Shown here: positions 44,180-57,063 of the stretch, one piece after another
Layout of the letters: every line of letters begins with the position of its first letter
Numbering within the stretch: the stretch's first letter is position 1
Assembly: GCA_951406725.2 (NCBI GenBank)
Contig: OX597820.1
Span: 117,366,001 to 117,430,000, forward strand
DNA: 64,000 bases
Reading direction: 5' to 3'
DNA from: Octopus vulgaris
Lineage: Eukaryota
The notes under the pieces: model-generated
What the model was told of the DNA's origin: nothing
What the model saw: only the letters and a program-made list of their open reading frames with translations
Databases searched by the model: none
Program-made: the position numbers and the translations under genes

Positions 44180-46603
44180 TATATATGTATGTATATATAT
44201 ATATATAAATGGTGGTGCTCCAGCATGGTCACAGTCAAATGACTGAGACATATAAGAATATATATATTCCAGCTCTGAATAGTTATTGATTGTTTATTTT
44301 TGTTGTTTTTTTTTCTTTTCTCCAAGATTTGGATATGTTTCACTCTGGAACAGTGTTTCCAATAAGTAAGAAAACGGAACATATCCATTTCTCCTTATTG
44401 ATTTCTGATATAAGTACAAGACTTTAAAAAAAATCTGCAAGGAGTATAGTGGAATAAATTGATCGCAGGACACGCCTGGGACCTGGAGAGATGAAAGCCA
44501 AAATGAATTCCTGTGGAATCCAAAACTAGATACGACAAGATATTTTTAGCCTGGCACCCTGCCTCCTGCTTTACCAATTCACCACCCATCACAAATGTAT
44601 TTTGAAGTTATTTTGATTTCGAATATGTTTTATGAGGAGAGGAAAAGATATTAGGTTTTTCTGGCAATGAAAAAAAAAAAAATCCAAAAAGGGGATAGAA
44701 AATAGTTGAGAACTTCAACTGGGAAATTTCTATTTGCACACATGGCTAGGCAAGTTCCTATCGACTTTTGATATAGAAACCACATGTTCTATGCCAAAAC
44801 TGTATGGCAATATGCTCCAACAATACACAGACCGTCTGTCAATGTGGATGCAATGTTGGATATATATTTTGAGCAATTCTTCAGTCTGAAGAAAAAGTTT
44901 CGAATAAGTGAAATATTAATGAGAAAGAATGCTACTTGGATTTATACACTATTTTATGGAAAACATTTTAAAGCTGAGATTTTTAAAAAAGCGCAAAATT
45001 AAGCAGATTTATATAACCTGTATTAAAGGTTAAGAGAAAATAAAGCTGCTAATCTGCAGAATAATTAATTTAATAAGTATTAATTGTAAAATTACAACAG
45101 TTATAAGGGCGGTCAACTGACAGAATTGTTAGTGCGCCGGGCAAAAGGGTTACCAACATTTCATCCGTCTTGACGTCCTGAGTTCAAATTCCGGCAAGTC
45201 GACTTTGTCTTTCATCCTTTTTTTGGGGGGGTCGATAAAATATGTACCAGCTGAACCCTAGCTTAGTCTCTCCCCAACACCTGCTGGCCTCGTGCCAAAA
45301 TTTAAAACCAATATTACAACAGTTACAGACAAGGAGTATCAAAAGTTGGTAGTGCCGCAGACAAAACACCATGCGGTATTAAGTTGCGTTTCCATCTACA
45401 ATCGGTTAGAACACCGGAGTCGAGAGAATGAGCACAAAGTCAAGTAATAGGGTCGATATAATTGACTAAACCCTTCGCAACAATATGACATTGGGCCTAT
45501 GTTAAAAAAGAAAAATCAATATTACCCAAGTATAGAATGAATAGAGAAAATATAATAGACTGGGAGGAGAAAGAGAGAAGAGAGATGTGAAGTCAATCAA
45601 ACAGTATTAAACCTCCAGACAAAACAGAGAGAGAGAAAAAGTGTATTGGAAATGAGTAAAATGAAGGGAAGAGATGAGGAGGGAGATTAAAAATGAAAGG
45701 CTGAGAAAGAGAAAGAGATGCGAAATAGAAATTAGAAAATTAGGTGAAGGGAATTATAGAATATTGTGAAATAAAGAGGAGAGGATTAGAGAGAATGTGA
45801 CATGGAAAAAAAAGGGAATTATCTGAAGAGAAAGAGAGAAAAGCGATAGGGATGAAAGATAAAGGAAGGCTTTAGAAAGGAAAACACTGCCTTGTGTGCA
45901 GAGGAAGTTTGTGAGAATAAGCAAATCTAAAATGCTGAGTGTGAGTCAAAACAGGTTCGACATTGCAAAACAAGCAGAAGTCATGTTCCTTTTAGATATT
46001 TATGAAGATAATAATATAGGGAATTATGTCAACGGAGGAGACGTGTGTGTGTGTGTGGCTGGCTGAGGGGGGTTGTGACAACAAGACAGCATTATATTCC
46101 TTTATATTCCACCATCATCCCCTCCACTTTTATTCGGTTTTCTCTTTGACTACCAAGCTACCAAGTAATTAGATTCTTCCTTAAAGTTACAATAATATCA
46201 TTGAATAGTAATGTATATCATGAAAGTGAATATGGGGGGAAAGAGGATAAATTTATAAACAGCTTTCAAAATATATTTATTCTTCTCGTACCATTTTATG
46301 GTTCTTTCTGAACTTCCACCATCGTGAAATAAACCATATTTATTCTTAATTTAATGAACAGAATCAGATTTTACAGGGTAGAGTTTCAGATGATTTTTTT
46401 TTCAAAATAATCTATGCAGTTCAGTATCTTTATATTTCCAACATTGAAATCCAATCCCTGATTGGGGTGGGGGAAACTCTGAAATCCTATCTCCGTGGGG
46501 ACAAGTTCTTAGTCAATAACAAAATTCAGATAGTTGGGGAAGGAGGAAACAAAGAATAATCCATTCGATTATTAACTAGTTTATATATATATGTATGTAT
46601 GTA

Positions 46604-46650
<47 letters not shown>

Positions 46651-48038
46651 ACACGCACTTACACACACAAACACACGCACCAATTGCTTCTCACTGCGCA
46701 AAGTGGTACCAGAGAAGGGATGATGCTGGTTATGTCTGAGTCAAGTAGTATTCTCTCTTTCTCACAGACTTTCATCTTCCCACTTCCAAAATGGTCAGCA
46801 GTAATTAAAAATAAAATTGAGAAGCAAATGCTTAATTATAATTTTCCAAGAATTATAATTATGAATTTAGTTCTGGACAGAAGAAATATCAAGAATTTGA
46901 GTGGAGATAAACAGATTATTAGTGAATACAAAAAAATTTTACTCTGTAATTGAAGATATTTCGGTTGTTTCTGCCGATTTTTGAGGTTTAGGTCCTGTTA
47001 TAAAAATATACAAAACTATCTTTTTCTTGAGATAAAAACCAATTAATTATTTAGACTCAGGTACCCTTTATTTAATTATATATCTGGGGTGGGTGGACTT
47101 TCTTCTGAAACAATTATGAAACAAAGTGCGAAGCTTATCTTATTATTTCTAAGTTTTTGGAAACATGAGTTAAAGATTTTTGGCAAAACAGTAAAGTCAT
47201 AAGCTGAAGTGACAATACATAGATAGGAATAAGGTACTGTCGTACGTCTCCTCAGACCATGGATCTATCTCTAGAAAGTTCCCTGGTAAGGAGGAGGGAA
47301 TTATTTTTATGGAAGGCGAACAGTTACCCATGCATGCAAGTTTTCTATTTCCATGCCACTGTTTGATAGCAGTGTTTTCATAAACACACATAATATGCGT
47401 GTGTGCGGGTTTCATGCTTCCATCTATTTCGTTACATTCATATTTCAAACTATTTAGCACAAAATCTATTCGACTTTCCACCTAAAGTCATTTCCCAGCC
47501 TTCAAATTTTCATTTCCACTTTAAAAAAAAAAATGTCTTTTAACAAGCATTCTTCGAATTGATGTTAGTTCACTTCCAGTATAGAATTAATTCAATTTTC
47601 GTCCTGGTGTGTCTACATTACGCCTCAATATTAAGTGTGTGTGTGTATGTGTGTGATAGATGAGGCTAATTTTGTACACAGGAAAGCCAAGTGACAAAAA
47701 TATTTACAAAGATTCCTCCAAATTACTGGACTAGTTTAATAAATATGTTTAAAAAGTTAGAGTTATTTCCTAATTTCGTCTAACATGTATTATTTATTAT
47801 CGAGGCAATAGTTATTTATCACTAAGTTAGTAGAGAAGGGCTGAAAAAAAGAGACCTCGTCAACGAAGATAGATAAAATGGTCGAGATGCTGGGGGGATG
47901 AAGAGAGACATATATAAACAAACGATGATGAACGAAATAGTTCGATCGATGTAGGGTAAACAGATGAATATATCGATAAATGAAAGTATCAAGCAGAGAT
48001 ATACTGAGATTGTTTACATATAATTTACAGCCACTTAC

Positions 48039-48619
48039 TTTCTCTTGCGTTTTGATCCTTCCACTTTATCGAGGGCCTTCTCGACACATTCGGTTAATTC
48101 AGTCCAGTCGGCATGTAGACCACAAATCCATCCAGTGGAGAAGCGACTAAATAACCAGTTCTTGTGAGAATGTGTCAAGCAGTTACATCGTTTCCTCCAG
48201 TGGACACACTCACAAGGTCTATCAACAACCAAGTTCCTAACGAGGTGTCGACCGAACGTGGAACCACCAGTTTTCTGGATGTGCAAGAACACAATTACAT
48301 CTTCCTTTTCCATGTCTAACTGGAAATCTCTTTGGAGATCTGAGGTGGAGAAGTTATAGGTGTCCAACGGCAGGTGAATAATATCACTACTCACATCAAC
48401 ATTACTGACGGTGTTGTTGATAATGTGGTGAAGTAAGGCGACAGGAGGGGAATGCTGTTGTAAGATGAGGGTCTGTGCGCCGAAAAAACGGTTCGGCGTG
48501 AAATTGGACGGTCCTAGGGGACAGAAATAACCAAGAACGATAACGCCAAATAACACCATACATACTGTTAAGAAGAACAACTTCCTGCACTTGACCGGTT
48601 GGTTTGGAATAAGATTCAT
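48039..48619 (-). CDS. HS6ST: Heparan-sulfate 6-O-sulfotransferase, first coding exon (partial CDS, 193 codons + 2 nt)
   Basis: Translation MNLIPNQPVK...: type II membrane anchor (LFFLTVCMVLFGVIVLGYFC), stem with N-glycosylation sequons (NFT, NNT, NFS), 5'-PAPS-binding motif VIVFLHIQKTGGSTFGRHLVRNL, Cys cluster C-x-C...KRC-x-C and the family signature WLFSRFSTGWICGLHADWTELTECV. The first in-frame ATG is at 48619; the ORF-track start at 48688 is GTG with an in-frame TGA just upstream. The frame ends at AAGAGAAA|GTAAGT, a canonical donor (48038-48033). Confidence 0.95.
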
Positions 48620-48758
48620 GTCTTTCGGATGCCGCAGTGGCGATTTTCTTCTTCTTCCCACTCTTCTTCTTCTTTCTCTGTCTGTCACAATCTCTCTCCC
48701 TTTCGCTCTCTCTCACACACACATACACACATGCGATCTTTTACTCTCGATCTCTCCT

Positions 48759-49560
48759 CTACAAGTCCGAGGAAGAGATGAGAAGATAAAACATACATAC
48801 ACGCAACACACACGGACACCAAATGGAACCCGTTTTCAAGTCCTTCGAGGAATTAGTTCTCCAAAGAATCGTGTGAAATAAAAACCAGGGTCACTTAGGA
48901 GGGTTAATTAGGAGGGTTTCACATAGGCAGGTGTCAGGATTAGAACTCGATGCAGAGAAAGCATGAAGCAGTGGTGAACATGAGTGACAATGACATTACA
49001 CATCAGCAAATCCTCTGGCAGCCGCGATTATTATATCTTCCGATGTTTTACTAATTATTGTTGTGATGGTGATGGAGAGGATCTGGTAAAAAGACTTCTT
49101 CCCTCACATCGTTTCGTGCCTCCACGCTCTCGTTTCTTCTCAATAATCTGAGATACTCCTCCGATTCATGTCTCCGTTTGCCGAGATAAAATATTCAGTT
49201 CCAACTAAAATACGATCGCCTCTTTATTCGCCGACCTTCTCCTGCCAGACACACTTCACCATGACAAGAAGCACTAAGGCTACACAAGAAACACATGAGT
49301 ATTTCGTCATCAGTTTCTGCGTACATAAGTACACTACACTTTACGCACCACACCAGCACCGACGCTTTCATTCATTTAATCCGCTCTCGCATACTCTCCC
49401 TGCTACTCCCCTCACGCCTTTACGTTACGTCCCTCTCCGTTATTTCTCTCTCTTTCTCTTTCTCACTCTCTCTCTCTCTCTCTCTCTCTCTATTTCTCCC
49501 CCTCTGCCTCTCTTCCTTACAATAACATCTTTTCGGTTTTCCTGTGTCTCTATTTTCAAC
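48759..49560 (-). promoter_or_regulatory. Candidate HS6ST 5' leader/promoter region with a possible splice acceptor at 48760-48759
   Basis: Transposon-free, relatively CpG-rich sequence with a (GA)n tract (about 49445-49500); the minus strand reads TTTATCTTCTCATCTCTTCCTCGGACTTGTAG|AGGAG, a pyrimidine tract plus AG. No transcript evidence. Confidence 0.35.
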
Positions 49561-49614
49561 CCAATTACGATATTATAGCTGCTTCCTCTCTTTCTCTCTC
49601 TCTCCCTCTGCGAG

Positions 49615-50235
<621 letters not shown>

Positions 50236-50311
50236 ACGCAGGTGTAAGCTGTGTGGTGTCCCCTCTGTGTAATGCCTTCATGGCAAATATTTATGAAATA
50301 AAGTAGCTAGC

Positions 50312-50470
50312 TAGGCGCAAAAGTGACTGTATGGTAAGTTTCTTGCTTACCAACCACATGGTTCAGTGTTCAGTCCCACTGCGTGGCATCTTGAGCAAGT
50401 GTCTTCTACTACAGGCTCAGGCCGACCAATTTGGTAGCCGGAAACTGAAAGAAGCCCGTCATACATATAC

Positions 50471-50502
<32 letters not shown>

Positions 50503-50757
50503 ATGTGTTTGTTTGTGTGTCTGTGTTTGTCCCCCAACATTGCTTGACAACCGATGCTGGTGTGTTTACGTCCCCGTAACTTAGCGGTTCGGCAAAAGAG
50601 ACCGATAGAATAAGTACTGGGCTTACAAAGAATCAGTCCTGGAGTCGATTTGCTAGACTAAAGGCGGTGCTCCAGCATGGCCGCAGTCAAATGACTGAAA
50701 CAAGTAAAAGAGTATACATATATGTAAATATATATATGTATGTATGTATGTATATAA

Positions 50758-50817
<60 letters not shown>

Positions 50818-50838
50818 TGTATATATATATATATATAT

Positions 50839-50921
<83 letters not shown>

Positions 50922-51293
50922 CACACACACGTGTATGGTGTGTAGGCGCAGGTGTGGCTGTGTGGTAAGAAGCTTGCTTCCAAACCACATAGATCCGGGT
51001 TCAGTCCCACTGTGTGTAATCTTGGTAAGTGCCTTCTACTATAGTTTCGTGCCGACCAAAGCTTTGTTAATGGATTTGGTAGGCGGAAACTGAAAGAAGC
51101 CTGTCCTGTATGTATGTGTGTTTGTGTGTGTGAGTGCGTCCGTGTGTGTGCATGTATATATACATATATATATGTGTGTGTGTGCATGTATATATATATA
51201 TGTATATATACATGCACACACACGGACGCACTCACACACACAAACATACATACATACAGGACAGGCTTCTTTCAGTTTCCGCCTACCAAATCC

Positions 51294-51328
<35 letters not shown>

Positions 51329-51470
51329 CATGTGTCTTTATGTCAGTGTTTGTTCCCATCATCACCACCACGGCAAAAGAGACCGATAGAGTGAGTATTA
51401 AGCAGCCGACTAGAAACCTCCATGACGGTGCCCCAGCATGGCAGCAGTCAAACGAGTGAAACAAGTAAGA
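50312..51470 (+). mobile_element. Two family A SINEs (50312-50712; 50943-51470), the second with an internal foldback
   Basis: Family A head and tail; 51071-51294 is self-complementary. Confidence 0.85.
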
Positions 51471-51589
51471 AATGGGGATTTCGCCAAGCCAAGAAAAAGG
51501 TTGCACGCTGCCTAAGGAAAAATGATCATGCCCTTAAGGATATTAGCAATGCCGAAGATACTAAGACCCAACTAAACAACTGGTGCTCA

Positions 51590-52700
51590 GCCAGTTGGGT
51601 TCGAAGGTGGCCAGGCGTTCACCCAGATTTCAGTTCAGTCAATTTGAGCAGCGAAAGTTCAAAGCTTTGCCTACCATTTTCATCAGTGGAGGAAGCATTC
51701 AAAGCCACAGAGAAAGCGTAATCAGCACATTGCTTTTAACTGCGAATGAACGTGTCCGGCTCACCAACACGATCGTAAAGTGTGGCAGAAAATGGAAGCA
51801 CCAAGACGCTGTGAAAGAAGTGGAGATATATTGGAAATGCCAGGAGATTGTCGGAGTTGTCTGTCAAGGACGCAAGGACTAGGCAACTACAGCTGCGAGA
51901 GCGAGAGAGACCGTTCATAGTGCAAAGAATCTGTGATTCAACAGAGGATGGTCACCGGGTAAAAGCAGTAGGGTCAATGGATGCAGTAGAACTAGGAACT
52001 CGAGCACTCACCGTCTTGGAAGGAACCACTGACTAGAGAAGATTATCCGTCCTCTTTCGTGCTGTCGCTGACCCCTTGCCAACCCTCAAATAACCTTAGA
52101 ATATGGGGAAAGAAGACGACCTGTCCTGCAAGTAATGTAGAGCTGCTCTTTGCACCCTGAACCAAATTAGACCGAATGTCCAAGGGTAAGAGAGAAGAAC
52201 GTTACAAGTGGAGATGAGACAAAATCCTTGCAGAAATCGCCAAGTGGACTGATCCGCAATGGCCACCCAAATGTATTTCTAAGGGAAGGCGACAAGGCTT
52301 CCAAGATGCATCTAATGACTGGGAATTCGTTTTCTAATCTGCCTTCAACCTCAGATTAGGAGACGAAAGTGGACCTGAGAGGCAGACTCATCTTCCTAGG
52401 GGAGATAGCAGTAACTTCACTCCGACCAGACATGTTCCTGCTTTTCAGGAGTACGAAAACAATCATCGTGGTTGATCTCACAGTACCCTGGGAGAACAAA
52501 CTCGATACCTTTTACCAGGTAAAGAAAACTAAATACCAGGATTTGCTCGTCAAGGGCCATATTCCCTATTGAAGTAGGCTACGACGACTTTTCAGCTGGA
52601 CCGATTCACCATTTCCTACGGAAGGTAAGTCTGGAACCCAGACAACCGAAGACAGGTACCAACGAGATAGGCACAGCAGCTGAAACAAGCCGAAGGCGAA
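51590..52700 (+). mobile_element. Degenerate HERO-like (restriction-endonuclease) non-LTR retrotransposon, 3' part
   Basis: Broken translations: KLCLPFSSVEEAFKA, GRKWKHQDAV, NLRIWGKEDD-SCK-C (zinc knuckle region), TSLRPDMFL...IIVVDLTVPWE...KKTKYQDL (PD-D/E-K nuclease). Confidence 0.78.
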
Positions 52701-52737
52701 AACTAATTCAGTCCTCGCTGACCCACCCAGACAAAGT

Positions 52738-53120
52738 GGAGGCGCAATGGCCCAGTGGTTAGGGCAGCGAACTCGCGGTCGTAGGATCGCGGTTTCGATT
52801 CCCAGAACGGGCGTTGTGAGTGTTTATTGAGCGAAAACACCTAAAAGCTCCACGAGGCTCCGGCAGGGGGTGGTGGTGATCCCTGCTGTACTCTTTCGCC
52901 ACAACTTTCTCTCACTCTTTCTTCCTGTTTCTGTTGTACCTGTATTTCAAAGGGCCGGCCTTGTCACTCTCTGTGTCACGCTGAATATCCCCGAGAACTA
53001 CGTTAAGGGTGCACGTGTCTGTGGAGTGCTCAGCCACTTACACGTTAATTTCACGAGCAGGCTGTTCCGTTGATTCGGATCAACCGGAACACTCATCGTC
53101 GTAACTGACGGAGTGCTTCC
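52738..53120 (+). mobile_element. tRNA-derived SINE, family B, full length
   Basis: A and B boxes; near-identical to 53958-54340. Confidence 0.9.
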
Positions 53121-53957
53121 AGAACTCAGACAAAATATACAGACTGAGGGACGATTCTGAGATACCTGCTGATGATACAGGAGAGTTTCCAATATTGAGA
53201 TGCATCGCGATGCATTTAGATCTTGCAGATCCTCTTAGTAGCGCCTGCAGTTTCTGCGTAGCGAAAAGCATTTCTGGTGTTTATTTAACGTATGAAATAT
53301 TGGCCTCTTAGTTTACCTCTATTCTCTCTCTCTCTCACCCACCCCTTCTGTTTCTGCCTCACATATGACTGTGTATGCGTATACACACTCACACACACAA
53401 ACACACACACACACACACACATGCAGTTAGAGTAATACCTCACTTTACGAGGATCCGTTTTACGAGACCCCGGGTTCTTCCGCTTTTGAAGCGCCCGTGC
53501 CACTCAAAACATTGCATACGACCCATTGCCTCGTCACCATAAGCTCGCCAAAGCCTACTCAATGCCTCTGTAGCAGACTTCCCAAGTTCAACGGAAAATA
53601 TCACGTTGGCTCTTTGTCTCTGTCCATTACAAAATCGCAGACTTCAGCAGACACACGTGATCACAAAAACACAAATTTCACAATTTGCAAAGTAAACACA
53701 GGGATGTCACTTAACAGTTTTTCGGTCTTCAATGCATGTTTTTTTCTTTGTTGTATTTGTATTGATATCTCTCCCCCCCTCTCTCTCTCTCTCTTTATGT
53801 AAATTTTCTTTTTGCTATTTCCCCGTTGAAAAAATGCCCTTGTAACAAAGTTCCTCGAAAATGCAAAGTTCCGCAGTTCTTTTTTTCTTTTCTTTCTTCT
53901 TTGTGGGGAACTATAAAAAGAGAACATTGTTTTGTGCATGTTCTATATTAGTAAGAG

Positions 53958-54340
53958 TGGAGGCGCAATGGCCCAGTAGTTAGGGCAGCGGACTCGCGGT
54001 CATAGGATCGCGGTTTCGATTCCCAGAGCGGGCGTTGTGAGTGTTTATTGAGCGAAAACACCTAAAGCTCCACGAGGCTCCGGCAGGGGATGGTGGTGAT
54101 CCCTGCGGTACTCTTTCACCACAACTTTCTCTCACTCTTACTTCCTGTTTCTGTTGTACCTGTATTTCAAAGGGCCGGCCTTGTCACTCTCTGTGTCACG
54201 CTGAATATCCCCGAGAATTACGTTAAGGGTACACGTGTCTGTGGAGTGCTCAGCCACTTACACGTTAATTTCACGAGCAGGCTGTTCCGTTGATTCGGAT
54301 CAACCAGAACCCTCGTCGTCGTAACCGACGGAGTGCTTCC
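53958..54340 (+). mobile_element. tRNA-derived SINE, family B, full length
   Basis: A and B boxes; flanked by ATATTAGTA on both sides (TSD-like). A diverged relative lies at 61815-62120. Confidence 0.9.
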
Positions 54341-54424
54341 ATTCCATATTAGTAGGAATATGTGAGAGTGTACTCAGCCGGTCAATGTACCGCTTCCTTT
54401 AACTAATTCCGTCTTTATCAATAA

Positions 54425-54815
54425 CTACCAGTATAGCCCGGCGTTGCTCGGGTTTGTTTCGACCCTTTAGAATTGGAATTTTCGAAAAGTAAAAATTTTG
54501 CATTATGTAGCTTGTTATTCTCTTTAAGTGAACATTTTCCTGGTTGAAATACACCGAAAAATGGTGACACAGCAGTCAAAAAATCGTAAAAAATAGGGAT
54601 TTTCATAGAAAAAAAAGCACCTTTTAGATGTAAATAACTTTTGGTCTTAACATGGTTCGCTTTGAATTTTTTCTTCTACGGAAGGAAGAGCAAGCCTTCT
54701 TCTATCATACTCTCAATTTTAGTCAACTTGCGCCGCAGGGTCTCGGATGAAATAGTGTTAGTTGAAGGCTACCAAACCTGCCATACACAGACAACTTCAG
54801 CTTTAAGTATAGAGA
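54425..54815 (-). mobile_element. Non-autonomous Helitron (body type 3)
   Basis: Minus strand A|TCTCTATACTTAAAG...CCCGAGCAACGCCGGGCTATACTGGTAG|T. Confidence 0.75.
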
Positions 54816-55223
54816 TATGTCCCAAAAATGTAATAGAAGAAACACCAAAAAGACATTTTACTGGGGTTAATTACAACACCAAACTGTGACAATGCAGTAA
54901 AAATTTGTTCTAAATGCTGTTCAGGTAGCTCTTCCGTAAGCCTAGCAATCAACAAGTTGTCGATATAGGCAAACAACAATGTTTAAACCACGAGTGACTT
55001 CATCGATAAATCCATGGAAAGTATTCGCAGCATTTCGGAGAGCAAAAGGCATTTTTTAAAAATTCGAAAAGTCCAAAAGTAGTAGTTATGGCTGTTTTAG
55101 GAGCATCAGTAGATTCTATAGAAATATGGTTATAGGTGCGTACGAAATCGATTTTTGGGAAAACGGTACAAACATGTAAAGAAGCGGAGAAATCATGAAT
55201 ATGTGGGACAGAGTACTTAACAG

Positions 55224-55389
55224 CAGGGCCGGCCCTGGGGCTATTGGCGTCCCGGGTAAGCTGAACTTCGGCGTGTACAAGCTGACGGTCGTGGAAATTT
55301 CCATGTCTTTCTCACGACCTCGTTGGTGCCCCCAAGCACATGGCGCCTCAGGCGACTGCCTGAGTTGACGGTTCCTTGAGCCAGCCCTG
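55224..55389. mobile_element. hAT-type MITE
   Basis: TIR CAGGGCCGGC...GCCAGCCCTG; flanking 8-mers CTTAACAG / CTAATCAG (6/8). Confidence 0.75.
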
Positions 55390-55573
55390 CTAATCAGGAA
55401 AAGTTAAAACACTCAAACGTCTGTAGTCTCCACATGGACATCAACTCCTTCAGACGTTTTCAGAACCATATAGGGTGGAGAAGATCAATTACTGCCGGAG
55501 AGTCGAGTTATCCCAAGGTCCAGCATGTGATTAAATTCGTCCTCAGCTATTTGTAGTTTGTCAGCTGTGAGAC

Positions 55574-55999
55574 CAGGACCGGATTAAGACCCATCGAGGC
55601 CCTAAGCACTTAAAAGATTTTGGTGCCCACATAAAAGATTATGTAATTCAAAAGTATAAACAATAACAAACCATAAAATAGATTTCTATTTTTCAAAACG
55701 AAACAAAACAGTTAGAGGGAAAATAATGTTTATTTTTGTTAATTCCACTTTATTTACGTTTGAAAAGTTTCCTCCTACGTTTTTGAATTGCAAAGTCTTT
55801 GATCAGATTCTCAAAATTAATCCTAGGTAACACATCTGCATCTATACTTAGCAGAGATAAAGTCATTACGAATATTATTTTAGCAAGTTTAGAATGATTT
55901 CTTTTGTGCCATAAACTATTTACCATTTCTGTAGTGCCCCCTCCTTCCCTTAATGCCCTAAGCACGTGTTTATTTTGCTTAATGGTTAATCCAGCGCTG
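55574..55999 (-). mobile_element. Internally deleted hAT transposon retaining the transposase C-terminus
   Basis: TIR CAGGACCGGATTAA...TTAATCCAGCGCTG; perfect 8 bp TSD TGTGAGAC (55566-55573, 56000-56007); LSLLSIDADVLPRINFENLIKDFAIQKRRR resembles the end of the hAT dimerisation domain. Confidence 0.88.
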
Positions 56000-56648
56000 T
56001 GTGAGACGTCTGGGTGGTGATGAAACAGGATGTCCTTTAGTGATGACATGATGTGTAACAGAGTGTACCGGACTCTCATTATTAAAAAACGGACGAGTGA
56101 TGCCTGGAAATTTCTTAAGGATCGTATAATAACGAGGTTTCAAAGAAAAGGGGACAGACGATAGCAAGTTTACTGTACATACCCTGCGCAAACAATTCCA
56201 TTTCCGAATCTATCAGTCACTTGTGTTTCAAATCAACAAGAAGACCAAAGTGACGCAGGGAGTTGGCACCGAGAATAGGATACGAGAGATTGCAACGATT
56301 AAGATCCACTTGAACTGACGTCTCGTAATTGGATCTTAAGTCATAAATTTCTCACTGTAAGTGGATATAAGAGAATGTTTAACAATTTGTAATGTAACAG
56401 CTGACGGTTCCTGACCAAATGCTGCAAGCTGCTCTTGAGTCCACCAGGAATCGATGCTTTGAAATGGTTCCACACAAAAAAGAAGAAGGAAAAAACGCGA
56501 CATATCGAAAGACCGCCGAGGGATACAGTCACACTTAATCCCTGACGCCGCCGTTTTACTGCAGTTGGGTGGACGACTTGAAAGGACCCAGTTGCACACA
56601 CCTGTGTGCATTAACACCAAAGCGCTTATGATTCCAACAAATCAACGT

Positions 56649-57063
56649 AGGCGCAGGAGTGGCTGTGTGGTAAGTAGCTTGTTTACCAACCACATGGTTC
56701 CGGGTTCAGTCCCACTGCGTGCCACCTTGGGCAAGTGTCTTCTACTATAGCCTCGGGCCGACCAAAGCCTTGTGAGTGGATTTGGTAGACGGAAACTGAA
56801 AGAAGCCCGTCGTATATATGTATATATATATATATATATGCGTGTGTGTGTTTGTGTGTCTGTGTTTGTCCCCCTAGCATTGCTTGACAACCGATGCTGG
56901 TGTGTTTATGTCCCCGTTACTTAGCGGTTCGGCAAAAGAGACCGATAGAATAAGTACTGGGCTTACAAAAGAATAAGTCCCGGGGTCGAGTTGCTCGATT
57001 AAAGGCGGTACTCCAGCATGACCGCAGTCAAATGACTGGAACAAGTAAAAGAGTAAAGAGAGA
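56649..57063 (+). mobile_element. Family A SINE, full length, inside the Gypsy element
   Basis: CpG-intact, near-consensus copy. Confidence 0.9.

Noticed and set aside
48620-48688. ORF-track start of HS6ST at 48688 and stop at 48035
   Set aside because: 48688 is GTG, not ATG, and the apparent stop is the TAA within the GTAAGT donor, so the gene is spliced rather than truncated.
55750-56079. 109 aa ORF as a host gene
   Set aside because: It crosses the boundary between the Gypsy remnant and the inserted hAT element; only its C-terminal part resembles a transposase.
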